Notes: generated by a model from the sequence alone, not told the origin. Counted from the stretch's first letter, positions 10,995 through 21,917 are shown. The stretch: 64,000 nucleotides of DNA from an uncultured Rivularia sp. (GCA_963665115.1 OY762007.1:3904001-3968000); one strand, 5' to 3'. A program made the numbers and translations.

Positions 10995-11531
10995 CTAATT
11001 AATGCTGCAAGTTTCCATGAGATAATCCCAAGTTTGAGAACCAATGACTCCATCTACAACCAGTTTTTTATCATTTTGAAAAGACTGAACTGCTTTTTGA
11101 GTTTGATATCCAAATACACCATCAATCTTTCCAAAGTAATACCCGTCGAAGCCTAAAGTTTCTTGAATGAAGGGAGAAAATGTTAGAAGGCTTTGGATTT
11201 TAGCAACATCATCGCAGTAACTACCAGGATATAGCAAAGGTAAATCGGGACGTTGACCTATGTAAAGCGCTTCCCAAGTCACAACCCCAACAATACCATC
11301 TTGCTTTAAAAAGGTGCGATACTGAAAGACTTCTACTGCTAATAAAGTTATTTCCCCGAATTCACCATCAATTACCAGACTTGGAACGTCAGGAACTCTT
11401 TTAATTAAGAATTTTTGCAATTGTTTTACACAATCTCCATTCGCGCCGAATTTTAAGGTAGGTTGTTTAATTTGAACGGGACTTAGAATCATGAATCTCT
11501 CCTTGAATTCTTTACTGTCATAGAACATCAA
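10995..11531 (-). CDS. Peptidoglycan-binding domain protein (two PG_binding_1 repeats)
   Basis: IDGEFG..T..AV..FQ....L.QDGIVG..TW motif occurs twice. Confidence 0.85.
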   Translation of the reverse strand: MMFYDSKEFKERFMILSPVQIKQPTLKFGANGDCVKQLQKFLIKRVPDVPSLVIDGEFGEITLLAVEVFQYRTFLKQDGIVGVVTWEALYIGQRPDLPLLYPGSYCDDVAKIQSLLTFSPFIQETLGFDGYYFGKIDGVFGYQTQKAVQSFQNDKKLVVDGVIGSQTWDYLMETCSIN

Positions 11532-11643
11532 GTCGATGCTTGGGGATTCCGTAGATTAACAAGGTACACTAACGGGTACTTTGTTTAATTGTAGGTATCT
11601 ATACTTTCACTAATGAAGAAACGCAGATTATTATTTACGGTAA

Positions 11644-11746
11644 TAAGCTGATGTGCAGCTAAATTGAATAATGCGAAAATTTGAAAAGGTTGTAGTGCGA
11701 GCATCTTGCTCGCTAGTACTATACAAATTAAATGCGTAGCAGCTTA
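11644..11746. mobile_element. MITE-like element, imperfect 23-bp terminal inverted repeats
   Basis: TAAGCTGATGTGCAGCTAAATTG vs reverse complement of right end TAAGCTGCTACGCATTTAATTTG; internal GCGAGCATCTTGCTCGC hairpin. Confidence 0.55.
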
Positions 11747-11868
11747 CTGGCAATTAATATTATTTTTGGCGATTATCATTTCATGTCAAAAATTCCCGTG
11801 CGTCTAACCCAACCTACAAATAAAATATTTTCTGAAATTATCTTCTTACACAAAAAATAAGAATTATC

Positions 11869-12010
11869 AGCCCACGCAGGTGGTGAGAGCAGCCCCGTGG
11901 GTGTTTCATCCCGCAGTATGATGGGACTGCCGTTAGCGTTCACGCTCCGCGTGCGGCTCAGCGTCTCCCCTTGGGAGATACCCGGAGGGGCTTTGTAATT
12001 GTAGCCCCAC
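11869..12010. mobile_element. Nested small dispersed repeat cluster
   Basis: AGCCCACGCAGGTGG and GGCTTTGT...TAGCCCC halves (contiguous at 48633-48666) separated by about 105 nt of GC-rich hairpins. Confidence 0.55.
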
Positions 12011-12049
12011 TATAAGGAGGGTGAGGGTATTATGTTTGTCGAGTTATTA

Positions 12050-12397
12050 TCAAGCCTCTCCCAACAAAGAATTAAATTCCGATTTCAATGATTTCATATC
12101 CGCGACTCTCGCAACCAGCAAATTATCTTCACCTGCATCAGTTAAACGGGATTTCCAGTAACCAATGCTCTCAGAATTATTCATCCAAAATTTAACTACG
12201 GTATCTACTACTTCATCCATATTCCAGCCCCACTTTAAAGGTACTGGTTCGACTGTTTCAAGAAATGCATCTAGGGTACATTTATGGGTTCCTAAGTACT
12301 CTACACCTTGACTTTGAGGATTTTCTTCGTTCTGTTGCTGATGATTAAAAAAGTGCAAGATTGGAGATACACCTACAATATCGAAAGTATATTTCAT
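12050..12397 (-). CDS. Conserved hypothetical cyanobacterial protein
   Basis: 115-aa ORF with strong GGAGG RBS; no recognised motif. Confidence 0.75.
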   Translation of the reverse strand: MKYTFDIVGVSPILHFFNHQQQNEENPQSQGVEYLGTHKCTLDAFLETVEPVPLKWGWNMDEVVDTVVKFWMNNSESIGYWKSRLTDAGEDNLLVARVADMKSLKSEFNSLLGEA

Positions 12398-12553
12398 CGG
12401 ATTCCTCCAGGTTTTGAAAAACTTTTGATTTTTAAAAATATGTTCTAGCGCTATACAGACAAATTATTAAATACAATCTAGATTCTGGTTGTTATTCTTT
12501 ACAGAAAAACTAGCAAAATACATAAAAAGTGCTATAATTACCCTCGTACAAAG

Positions 12554-12580
12554 TTAGCAGTTGATAATCGAGAGTGCTAG
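12554..12580. promoter_or_regulatory. CIRCE-like (HrcA) operator
   Basis: TTAGCAGTT-N9-GAGTGCTAG vs consensus TTAGCACTC-N9-GAGTGCTAA (15/18, correct spacer). Confidence 0.55.
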
Positions 12581-12716
12581 TATTTGTCTCGTGAAAAATT
12601 AGCAGATAGCTTCATAGAGAGAAGAATATTTATAACGCTATTTATATTAAAATATTAAAGTTTTTCACTAATTGAAAAGGGTAAACGACTCTTTTTAATA
12701 TTTCTTAATATTTATA

Positions 12717-13610
12717 ATGACAGATTTTATTGGGGAAATCGCGGCATTATCTGCTGCTTGTTTGTGGGCTGTAGCGTCTGTAGCTTATGGTAAATTGGGT
12801 GCGCGTATTCCACCTTTACAGTTAAATCTGATCAAAGGAATAATTGCGATCGCGCTTTTTATCTTTACTATTCTTTTTACTGGCGAAATATTTCCTTCTA
12901 TCGCGACTTTACCAATGTGCCTGTTACTACTCAGCGGTGTCATTGGTATTAGTTTAGGTGATACGGGATTCTTTATTACTATAAACAGTTTGGGGGCGCG
13001 TCGAGCATTATTGATGCAAACCCTGACTTCGCCAATTACAGCAGTTTTGGGGTTAATTTTTCTTCAGGAAAAGTTAAATATTTTTGCTTGGTTTGGTATT
13101 TTGCTCACAATATTAGGTGTGGCTTGGGTTGTTACCGAGCGTACTACCGATGTCAAGCATATTTCAACGGCAGAATTCCGACGAGGTATAGTTTGTGGGT
13201 TGTTGACGGCGCTTGCTGGTGCGGTTGGTGCGGTACTTTCGCGAAGTGCCATCGCCGACAATCAAATTAGTCCTTTATGGGCTGCTTTATTAAGGTTGAG
13301 TGCTGGGACATTAATTCTGCTTGTATGGGCATCGTCTAGACAACAAACTAACCTTAGTCTGGGCAACTTGCGAAATTCCAAAGTAATTGCAGGAATTTTG
13401 TTTGCAGCTTTTTGCGGAACTTATTTAGGAATTTGGCTGCAACAAACAGCGATTAAATTGACATCAGTGGGAATTGCTTCGACTCTTTTACAGACTAGCC
13501 CAATTTTCGTCATACCTTTTGCGATTTTGATGGGAGAAAAAGTCAGTATTCGAGCGATTTTAGGTGTTTTCGTTTCTATTATAGGAATCGCACTATTATT
13601 TTATATTTAA
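12717..13610 (+). CDS. DMT/EamA family transporter
   Basis: About 10 hydrophobic helices in two repeats, L.EK motifs. Confidence 0.9.
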   Translation: MTDFIGEIAALSAACLWAVASVAYGKLGARIPPLQLNLIKGIIAIALFIFTILFTGEIFPSIATLPMCLLLLSGVIGISLGDTGFFITINSLGARRALLMQTLTSPITAVLGLIFLQEKLNIFAWFGILLTILGVAWVVTERTTDVKHISTAEFRRGIVCGLLTALAGAVGAVLSRSAIADNQISPLWAALLRLSAGTLILLVWASSRQQTNLSLGNLRNSKVIAGILFAAFCGTYLGIWLQQTAIKLTSVGIASTLLQTSPIFVIPFAILMGEKVSIRAILGVFVSIIGIALLFYI

Positions 13611-13785
13611 TAATTAATCTTCTTCAATCGCTCCATAGCTTCAAAAGTTAAAAGTTACATTTGATTGTACTAATTATAAATTCATTAGAATATTTTTTTA
13701 AATCGAAAATGTATGTGCTGTTCATAAAACACATACATCATTACAAACTATCAATTACTTATTAGCAATTACCTCAATTCAACAT

Positions 13786-14685
13786 TTACCAAAAATTATC
13801 TTTCCAAAAAAGACACTCTCTTTGTGAGGGGTTAAGATTTTTTGCTAACAATTGCAATTGTTCATGATTAAGGAAAGACGCACCGTAATGATTGTGTACT
13901 ATCGGTTTTCTAGAGGTGTAATCAAAAAAGACTGCATATCTATCTGAAGATACGGGTATTTTGCCCCTATGAAATATGCCACCAGTCGCAGCTAAAACAA
14001 CTGTTCCAGCGATTCCCGTACAGATTTTAAAACGCGATGGAGATATTAATTTCTCCATTGTTTTATCTTGAACGTAACCATGCGTATATTTTAAAGAAGA
14101 AATTATTTCAGAATTCAAAGGTAGGGGAATATATTCAAAAGCCCCACTATTCTCATCTACATTATTCAGATAAATTACTACTTTTAAAACTTTTCTATCT
14201 TCGGGATCTATATGCCAGAATCTTGATTTTGCTTGAACCGGGTTAGCCTTATCCCGACGAAAGTATGCTCCATGATAAGCCACTGGTAAGCCAATATAAT
14301 TCTCGATTATATTGATTAAACGTTGTTCTAAACCCCAAAGAAAAATTTCTTTATGTTCTAAAATTTGTTGTGGAGTTGCATGAACTACATATTCGTTTTT
14401 ATTTTGAGAAATGCTTTGCGGTATCTTTAACATTAAGTTTTTGGCTGCTTGAAGCATTATTTCGGTAGAAGGAATGGACAGAGCTTTGAGTGAAGTCATT
14501 GCAACTCCTTCAGTTCTCAATGTATCTATCAAATCTTGCTCATAATCCGAAATAATTGGTAAATTCTCAAAATGTCTCTTCCGTGCTAATTGATAATTAA
14601 GCTCACCTTGAGTACACAAAAACGGAAGTTGACGAGTATTTAGCGACATTTCGTTCCGAATCTTGTAGACAATTTTTTTATACAT
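13786..14685 (-). CDS. PhyH-like / 2OG-Fe(II) dioxygenase family protein
   Basis: WHID HxD motif, KVVIYLNNVDENSGAFEYIP, distal FHRG. Confidence 0.7.
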   Translation of the reverse strand: MYKKIVYKIRNEMSLNTRQLPFLCTQGELNYQLARKRHFENLPIISDYEQDLIDTLRTEGVAMTSLKALSIPSTEIMLQAAKNLMLKIPQSISQNKNEYVVHATPQQILEHKEIFLWGLEQRLINIIENYIGLPVAYHGAYFRRDKANPVQAKSRFWHIDPEDRKVLKVVIYLNNVDENSGAFEYIPLPLNSEIISSLKYTHGYVQDKTMEKLISPSRFKICTGIAGTVVLAATGGIFHRGKIPVSSDRYAVFFDYTSRKPIVHNHYGASFLNHEQLQLLAKNLNPSQRECLFWKDNFW

Positions 14686-15161
14686 ATTTTACTCAGAATT
14701 ACGGCATAGAAATAACGCAAACGTTAACAATTATTCAAAGCTATATGTGTATAAAATATTTTGGTTAAATCAAATATACAATTACATATTTTTTAAAACA
14801 TAAACCCAGTAAAGCCTTGAATTCGCAAAAAATTTACTTTTAGGTGAGATTACTTGACACTGGCTTTATATTGCTTCGATAACATGATTTTTGTTAACTT
14901 TTATCTAGTCCTCCAGCCTAAATAGTACAATCATCAGTATGTATTATTACATAAAATCAAGTTTTTCTAGCAATATAGAAAAGCCTCAGAACTTAATAAA
15001 ACTCTGAAGCTTTGCTTAAACTATGTTATGGAGATATGTCAAGTTTACTGAGGAAGTATTTTAGATTTCTTCATTAAAATTTTATATTTAATACAGTATT
15101 TAGTCAGGGAACACTTATAAGCTTTGCAAATTATATTTTGCGGAATTTGCTTTACAAGTAT

Positions 15162-16391
15162 TTATGCTATCAAGCGTATATCAGTAAGTAATAATTCTTC
15201 AAATTCCGATACTGGTAAAGGATGACTTAACAAATAACCTTGCGCTTTATCGCATTTAAGTGCTTTTACAATATTTAATTCTGCTTTAGTTTCTACACCT
15301 TCAGCAACTACTTGTAGGTTAAGGTTATGAGCCATTTCAATAATCCCCTTAGTTATTGCTGACTTTTGTCTATCTTTATCAATATTATGGACAAAGTAAT
15401 GATCTATTTTTAAAGTATCTATTGGCAGTTGCTTTAAATAAATAAGAGAGGAACGACCAGTACCAAAATCATCAATAGAAAGTTTCAAGCCGTGCGATCG
15501 CAATTCCTGCATTCTATTGATTGCTGTATTCACATCCTGTTCGATCGCCCCTTCTGTAATTTCTAGTTCAAGGGAAGACGGATGCAAATCATTTTCTGCC
15601 AATGATTTAAGTAATTTTGCAACGAAATCTGGCTGAATTAATTGATTAATTGAGATATTGATCGTAGCATAGAAATCTTTATAACCAGCATCTTGCCATA
15701 TTTTCGTTTGGTTACAAACATTATGAATTAACCATTCTCCAATTGGAATAATTAAACCAGTCGATTCGGCTAAAGGAATTAATTCAGCAGGAGAGATTAA
15801 ACCTAATTCTGAACTTTGCCAACGAACTAAACTTTCAGCACCAACTATTGAACCAAATTTGGTTTCAACAATTGGCTGATAATGAACTTGGAATTCTCTT
15901 AACTTTCTCTTTGCTAAAGTCCTAAGCAAGCTGCTTTTTAAAATCTGAAGTTCTGGCAAAAATCTAGCAGAAGTTTTATTGCTTTTTGATATATATTTTA
16001 TATCCTCTGTTTGCTTTTCCAATCGACTCATGATTGCGTTTAACAGTTCGGAGCGGGTAAATGGCTTAGTAAGATAGTCATCAGCACCCAATTCCATACC
16101 TTGACGTACATCAGCCTTAGCAGTTCTAGCCGTAAGAAAAATAAATGGAATAGTTGCCGTAATCGCTTGTGAATTTAGCAATTTTAGAACTTCATAGCCA
16201 TCAATATTTGGCATCATTAAGTCGCATAAAATCACATCTGGAACTTCAGAAACAGCTAAATCTAAACCAATTTTTCCGTTAGCAGCAGCCAGAGTTTCAA
16301 AATTTTCAGCTTCTAATAAGTCCAAAATATTCTCGCGTACTAATTCTTCGTCTTCAATTACCAATATTTTAGTCATAGCATTTAAATTCAA
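15162..16391 (-). CDS. Response regulator with EAL (c-di-GMP phosphodiesterase) domain
   Basis: N-terminal REC; YQP..ESLVRW, ELEITE, IDDFGTG, KID, AEGVET, QGY motifs. Confidence 0.92.
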   Translation of the reverse strand: MNLNAMTKILVIEDEELVRENILDLLEAENFETLAAANGKIGLDLAVSEVPDVILCDLMMPNIDGYEVLKLLNSQAITATIPFIFLTARTAKADVRQGMELGADDYLTKPFTRSELLNAIMSRLEKQTEDIKYISKSNKTSARFLPELQILKSSLLRTLAKRKLREFQVHYQPIVETKFGSIVGAESLVRWQSSELGLISPAELIPLAESTGLIIPIGEWLIHNVCNQTKIWQDAGYKDFYATINISINQLIQPDFVAKLLKSLAENDLHPSSLELEITEGAIEQDVNTAINRMQELRSHGLKLSIDDFGTGRSSLIYLKQLPIDTLKIDHYFVHNIDKDRQKSAITKGIIEMAHNLNLQVVAEGVETKAELNIVKALKCDKAQGYLLSHPLPVSEFEELLLTDIRLIA

Positions 16392-16672
16392 TCTTAATTA
16401 ATTTTGGATTATTTTATTGTTGATATTTATTAGGTAATAGCTTCTCAGAAAAATCTTTATACTCACGATAAATAAATATTTGAATACATTATGGCACAAT
16501 CTTTTATTTGGCAATTATATAATGATAATCTCGGCTTATCCGTATTTATATTTCATTTTTTTTTAAACTTGCCATAGTATTTATACTGAAAAATAATCAT
16601 AGATGTATTGATTATATTGGTAAATAATATTTAGAGAATAATCTAATATACTTATGTTTTAGTCTATATATC

Positions 16673-19066
16673 TTAACAAGAACTCTTTAACGGAATTGAG
16701 ACGATAAACTTTGTGCCCACTCCAACTTCACTTGTAACATTAATCTCACCTTGAAGCATCTCTACGCACTTTTTAACAATCGACAATCCCAATCCTGTCC
16801 CCTGAATATTACCTACATTTTTACATCTATGAAAGGAATCAAATAAAGATGGTAAATCTTCAGAAGGAATACCTATACCTTCATCTTGAATTTCAAATAC
16901 TGCTTGCGATTCTTGAGAATAAAGAGTAAACTTAACAGTCGTATTGGGTTTAGAATATTTAATTGCATTAGAGAGTAAATTATTTAAAATATGTGATAAT
17001 ATTTTTTCATCAAAGTATCCACTAAGTTTAGTTTCGTTCGTAATAAACTGGATATTTTTGTTAGATTGATCTATTTTTTTTGTATCTTGATTAATTTGCA
17101 CATCCTCTATTAATTGGCGGGTATATTCAACTAGGTCTAACTTTTCGGGATTAAAATCAAGTTTATCTGCTTCAGCTTTGCCGAAAAATAACACATCATT
17201 TAATAAATTAATCATGTGTTCAACTGCATTCTTAATTCGATTAAAATGCTTTATCTGCTTTTCTTCGTCCCACTTATTACGGTAGTTTTCCAGCAACTCT
17301 GCTGAAGAAAGAATAGTACTTAAAGGAGTGCGAAATTCATGAGAAGTCATGGAAACAAAACTATTTTTAAGTTCGTTAACTTCCTTTTCTTTATCTAAAG
17401 CTAGTTTTAAATCTTCTTCTAGTTGTTTGCGTTCGCTAATATCAATACGATAACCAATAATTTCTAAAAGATTATCTGCGTCATCTTTTACTAATTTTGA
17501 TTGTTCGTATATCCAAATATAATGACCATTTTTATGCAAAAAACGGTACTCTAGGCTGACTTTTTCATGAATAAATATTTTTGCTACCCCTGCAATGAAT
17601 AGCTGTATGTCTTCTGGATGAATATGACTTATCCAGAAATTAGAATCGCAGAGAATATCTTCCGCGTGGAAACCCGTTATCTCAACGATATTATCAGTGA
17701 TAAAAGTAACTGCATAGTTTTCATGAATTTCTGAACTATATATTACCCCGGTGCTGGAAAAGAGCATATATTGTAATTTCTCTTGTGTTATTAAAAGCGA
17801 CATTTCCATTTGCTTGCGCTTAGTAACATCAGTTTGCATACAGATATAATGAGTTACTCTGTTATCCCGATTAAAAACTGGAGAAATACTCAATTGTGAC
17901 CACAATTCTCTACCATCTCGACAGTAATTATTTAAGGTTAGGTTGCAGTGCTTTGAAGAAAGGTTATATTGTGACTTCAATAGTTGATTAATTTCTGAAT
18001 TTAAATTTTTAATAAAATAATTTTTAGATTCAGAGCCATCCAATATACTATCACTACAGATGCGTTCAAATTCTGGATTAGCATAAACAATTGGTTTAGA
18101 AGCTAGCCGAACATCATAAATTGCTATACCATTCCTACTAGCATTAAAAGCTCTATTTTTTAATCGTAAAGCTTCTTGTCTTTTTACTTTTTCGGTAATA
18201 TTGGTATAAATGCCGAATGTGCCAATAGTTTTACCCATAGCATTTTGGATTGCATTTATTCGTACATTAATATAGAGTACATCACCTTTATAGTTTGTAA
18301 ATTCTAATTCGTTATGCCACGATTCACCTGTTTCTATCGTTGCGAATAGTTCTTGATATTGTGCCGGATCTTTCCATAGGAATGACAATCCTCCTGATGC
18401 ATTTAATTTGTCACTGGTATAGTTAAATATTTTAGTAAAGCTTGAATTTAAACAAGTTATATTACCTGCTATATCTGTAATAACAATACCCTCTATACTA
18501 CTTTCTATAACTTGCTGAAAATCGGTAATTTTCTCGATATTCTTTTTATCTTTAATTTTATTTTTTGAATATAACTTTTTTTGTTTTTTGTCGCTTACTT
18601 GTTCCGCTTCCGTTATTTTTGACTGATAATCTTTGAGTAACAAATAAGTAATTGTTTCAGGTGTAATAGAACCTATTAGTTGCTCTTTTTCATCTTCAAC
18701 TAATATTGGCTCTTTTTGATCGGCAACAAGTTGCAATATTGACTTAGTATCTTGAAGTTGAGAATATTTAATCTTAATTGCTGGAAACCTCATGACTTCA
18801 GTAATTTTACTGCTTCTTAAATCAACTTGCGACTTCACAACCTGCAACACATCTTCCCATGAAAACGAACCTACAACCCGCCAGCTTTCAACGACCAAAA
18901 TATATTGTGCCAGTGGTTGATATTGATTCATCAATGCAATGGCATCCCAAATAGTTGCTTCTATTCCTACAGTTGGTGGAGTGTAATCAATTAAGTCTTC
19001 TAAAGGTAGTAAAGAGAAAGCTGGTGAGGCAGTTTGCATAAATTTATAAGAAAATAGTTCTGACAA
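16673..19066 (-). CDS. CBS + multi-PAS sensor histidine kinase
   Basis: SHEFRTPL H-box, NLLSNAIKYS, DEGIGI, GTGLGL; three PAS/PAC-like repeats; CBS-like N-terminus. Confidence 0.92.
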   Translation of the reverse strand: MSELFSYKFMQTASPAFSLLPLEDLIDYTPPTVGIEATIWDAIALMNQYQPLAQYILVVESWRVVGSFSWEDVLQVVKSQVDLRSSKITEVMRFPAIKIKYSQLQDTKSILQLVADQKEPILVEDEKEQLIGSITPETITYLLLKDYQSKITEAEQVSDKKQKKLYSKNKIKDKKNIEKITDFQQVIESSIEGIVITDIAGNITCLNSSFTKIFNYTSDKLNASGGLSFLWKDPAQYQELFATIETGESWHNELEFTNYKGDVLYINVRINAIQNAMGKTIGTFGIYTNITEKVKRQEALRLKNRAFNASRNGIAIYDVRLASKPIVYANPEFERICSDSILDGSESKNYFIKNLNSEINQLLKSQYNLSSKHCNLTLNNYCRDGRELWSQLSISPVFNRDNRVTHYICMQTDVTKRKQMEMSLLITQEKLQYMLFSSTGVIYSSEIHENYAVTFITDNIVEITGFHAEDILCDSNFWISHIHPEDIQLFIAGVAKIFIHEKVSLEYRFLHKNGHYIWIYEQSKLVKDDADNLLEIIGYRIDISERKQLEEDLKLALDKEKEVNELKNSFVSMTSHEFRTPLSTILSSAELLENYRNKWDEEKQIKHFNRIKNAVEHMINLLNDVLFFGKAEADKLDFNPEKLDLVEYTRQLIEDVQINQDTKKIDQSNKNIQFITNETKLSGYFDEKILSHILNNLLSNAIKYSKPNTTVKFTLYSQESQAVFEIQDEGIGIPSEDLPSLFDSFHRCKNVGNIQGTGLGLSIVKKCVEMLQGEINVTSEVGVGTKFIVSIPLKSSC

Positions 19067-19260
19067 TATTTCTTTGGGAGAGTCGTTTTAGCAAAACCCC
19101 TTTTCATATTTTTGTCTCTCAAAGGTGATAATAACTGGGGTATAAATACTGAAATATAGGGTTACTTAGTATAAATCTGTTAGCGAGGGTGCCCTAAGTT
19201 CTGTCTTTAAAGGCAGTAAGAAAGGCAAAATATTAATAAAGCAGAAGCAGAAGTTCCATT

Positions 19261-19312
19261 AAAAAACCGCAACCATTGTTCGAGTTATCGTTTGCAGCAT
19301 GGTTGCGGTAAA
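19261..19312 (-). terminator. Putative intrinsic terminator after the cyclophilin gene
   Basis: ACCGCAACCAT...ATGGTTGCGGT inverted repeat followed by a T run on the minus strand. Confidence 0.5.
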
Positions 19313-19360
19313 AAGTCGCCCGGTTACAAAAACCGTAACAAAGCCTTCAAAACTAATTAT

Positions 19361-20467
19361 CTATGCATTAGAGGGTTCTACCAAATTCTCAATTCCTTGA
19401 ACAACTTTGGCTGATTCGATTTTGTCCCCTTGTTTGATTTTTTCCAAAATTTCTTTCCCTTCAGTCACATAACCAAAGACGGAATAACGTCCATCTAGCA
19501 AGTTACGTCCAGCTGGAGTAAGTTCGGGTTCAAACAGAAAGAAGAAAAATTGGGAAGAACCTCCGTTAACTTCGGTTTCTGGACGAGCCATTGCTACTGC
19601 ACCATAAGAAGAGAAAGGTAGAACTGGCATTTCAGTGTAAAGTCCAGCTTCTTCGAGAGTAGTGCCGTAAATAGGCTCTTTATCGCCCTCTACAAGCACT
19701 TCCATCGGTATGGCACGATATTCGCCAGTTTTTGGGTCAACAAAACCGACATCTTTACCTGGTGGATCTCCAGCTTGCAGTACATAAAAATCTTCAGCAC
19801 GTAAGAATTCTAAGCCGTCGTAAAATCCTCGTTGCACTAAATCTAAAAAGTTGCCAGCAGTTACAGGAGCGCTGTAACCATCTAAAACAACTTCAACGTC
19901 TCCTTTGCTAGTTTTGACTTCTACTGTGGCACGTCCTTTTAATTGAGGTAAGTTACTATATTCTGCGGGTACTTCATAGGGAAAACCCGTCACCATAGAT
20001 TCTTCAAGCTGGCTTACCAAATCCAAAAGCTTGGCTCGCTCTATCCAAGTTTCTTCTTTATCTTTAGTTTTTGCTACTTCTTGGAGCTTTTCTACACCAG
20101 TTTGCAATTCGTTAATCCAAATAGAAGCTTGCTGTTGATTTTCTTCGGGAACGCTTGCGAGTATTTTCTCTGGTTTACTAAGAGTGCGGGAAGCCGTTTT
20201 TAAGTCATTCTTAATAGCTCCCCAACGTCTGTTAGCACGTAACTGGGTAGCAATATCTTCCAAACTTTTCTGCAATTTCCGCACTGGTTCGTTATCTATT
20301 GGAAGTGCATACCGTAATAAAGCTTTACCATCGGTAATCGCATTTCCTGCCGGTAAAGCAGCAATACTGGAAGAAGTCCATCCAGTTGTACTTATTCCTA
20401 TAAATAGCGCTACCAGTAGCAATGTAATTAGACTATTCTTCAAAGAAGATTTTAATAAGTTGAACAT
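19361..20467 (-). CDS. Cyclophilin-type peptidyl-prolyl isomerase (TLP40/CYP38-like)
   Basis: APVTAGNFLDLV..GFYDGL, QAGDP, SSQFF, LDGRYSVFGYV; signal peptide and helical N-domain. Confidence 0.92.
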   Translation of the reverse strand: MFNLLKSSLKNSLITLLLVALFIGISTTGWTSSSIAALPAGNAITDGKALLRYALPIDNEPVRKLQKSLEDIATQLRANRRWGAIKNDLKTASRTLSKPEKILASVPEENQQQASIWINELQTGVEKLQEVAKTKDKEETWIERAKLLDLVSQLEESMVTGFPYEVPAEYSNLPQLKGRATVEVKTSKGDVEVVLDGYSAPVTAGNFLDLVQRGFYDGLEFLRAEDFYVLQAGDPPGKDVGFVDPKTGEYRAIPMEVLVEGDKEPIYGTTLEEAGLYTEMPVLPFSSYGAVAMARPETEVNGGSSQFFFFLFEPELTPAGRNLLDGRYSVFGYVTEGKEILEKIKQGDKIESAKVVQGIENLVEPSNA

Positions 20468-20694
20468 GGAATCTAAGAATGCAACATCAATTTTTTTAGA
20501 TTTCGTCGTAACCTATCAACAATCTTCCCACAGTACAGGAAGCAGAGGAAGCAGAGGAAGCGGAGGAAGCTGAGGAAGCGATATATTTAATAGAACTCTA
20601 TCGGGGATTAATAACCACCGATTAAAATTGATAATATTTGTCCAAAATTGCCCAAAAATTTATTTAAACGAATTGGAGTCCTAAAAAATCATCA

Positions 20695-21168
20695 ATGAGC
20701 AAAGATAAAAACACTCAAGGTTTCAAGGTAATTGCTGACAACCGTCAAGCCCGTTATTTATATGAAATTCTGGAAACCTACGAAGCTGGAATTCAGCTAA
20801 CGGGAACCGAAGTCAAGTCTATTCGGGCTGGTAAAGCTAACCTTCAAGACGGCTATGCATCAATTCGTGATAACGAAGCATGGCTTTTAAACGTACATAT
20901 TTCACCCCACAACACTAGCGGACAATACTTTAATCACGAACCCCGTAGAAGCCGCAAACTTCTACTTCATCGCGACGAGATTCGCAAGCTGATTGGAAAA
21001 ACCGAACAGCAAGGTTTAACTTTAGTACCTTTAAAAATGTACTTAAAAAATGGTTGGGTAAAAATCAGTATAGCCCTTGGTAAAGGTAAGAAAATCCACG
21101 ACAAGCGAGAAACCATCAAGAAACGTCAAGATCAGCGTGAAATGCAACGTGCAATGAAAAATTATTAA
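20695..21168 (+). CDS. smpB: SsrA-binding protein
   Basis: NRQARY.YEILETYEAGIQLTGTEVKSIR, RKLLLH, GKK.HDKR. Confidence 0.97.
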   Translation: MSKDKNTQGFKVIADNRQARYLYEILETYEAGIQLTGTEVKSIRAGKANLQDGYASIRDNEAWLLNVHISPHNTSGQYFNHEPRRSRKLLLHRDEIRKLIGKTEQQGLTLVPLKMYLKNGWVKISIALGKGKKIHDKRETIKKRQDQREMQRAMKNY

Positions 21169-21284
21169 GGTAGGGAATGGGTAATGGGTAATAGGGATAA
21201 TTTCACAATGCAGGAATTATCCCAGCTTGTTGGTTAGCGGCTTTTAAGTCTTAATCTAAAATCCAAAATCCAAAATTGGTCGAG

Positions 21285-21689
21285 CTATTCTACTAGATAG
21301 CTATGCCAAGTTGAGGTATTTTCATTACTTCCGGGAGGAAGCAGTAATCTCCAGGTTTTGCCTTCTCTTTGAAGTTGTAAGTAAATGTCAAAAGTTTTTT
21401 GTGGTTGCTCTATACTTCGTTTTGGCAACTTCAAATTTAAATCGTAAATTCCCTGCATTCGGAAAGCTGGTAAATGCTCAACCGTCATCAGCTTCCGCTG
21501 CTTAATTGATAAATGATTGATTTCAAGTTCGCGAAAATCCAAATTTAAGCTTTGCCTCAGTTGCTGTTGCGTTTCCTGCATCGAAAGAGCGATCGCCTTT
21601 TTCACTAAATTTTTATTCGGTGATGGCGTACCAAAACTACAAGCTGTTAATAAGGCCAACAAAATTATCGTTAAAACCAGTCTTACCAT
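21285..21689 (-). CDS. Hypothetical lipoprotein
   Basis: LLTAC lipobox after a hydrophobic signal. Confidence 0.75.
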   Translation of the reverse strand: MVRLVLTIILLALLTACSFGTPSPNKNLVKKAIALSMQETQQQLRQSLNLDFRELEINHLSIKQRKLMTVEHLPAFRMQGIYDLNLKLPKRSIEQPQKTFDIYLQLQREGKTWRLLLPPGSNENTSTWHSYLVE

Positions 21690-21917
21690 TTGAGTTAGAA
21701 GTTAGTTGCTTACAGAGTTATGAATTAAAAATTAAAAATTAAAAATTAAAAATTCGTATTTAGGAATTAGAAACAAGGAGTTATAAGTAAGTTGTAGCGT
21801 ATTTAGTTTTTATGTTGCTAGTGGGTAAGATGCCCGCACTACAAGCTTTTCATGAAAACAAAATAATCAATCTAAAAAGATTTTTAATCTATGAGTTAGA
21901 AATTAAAAATTATATAC

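Noticed and set aside
20695..21280. tmRNA (ssrA) next to smpB
   Set aside because: No tRNA-like ends or tag reading frame seen nearby
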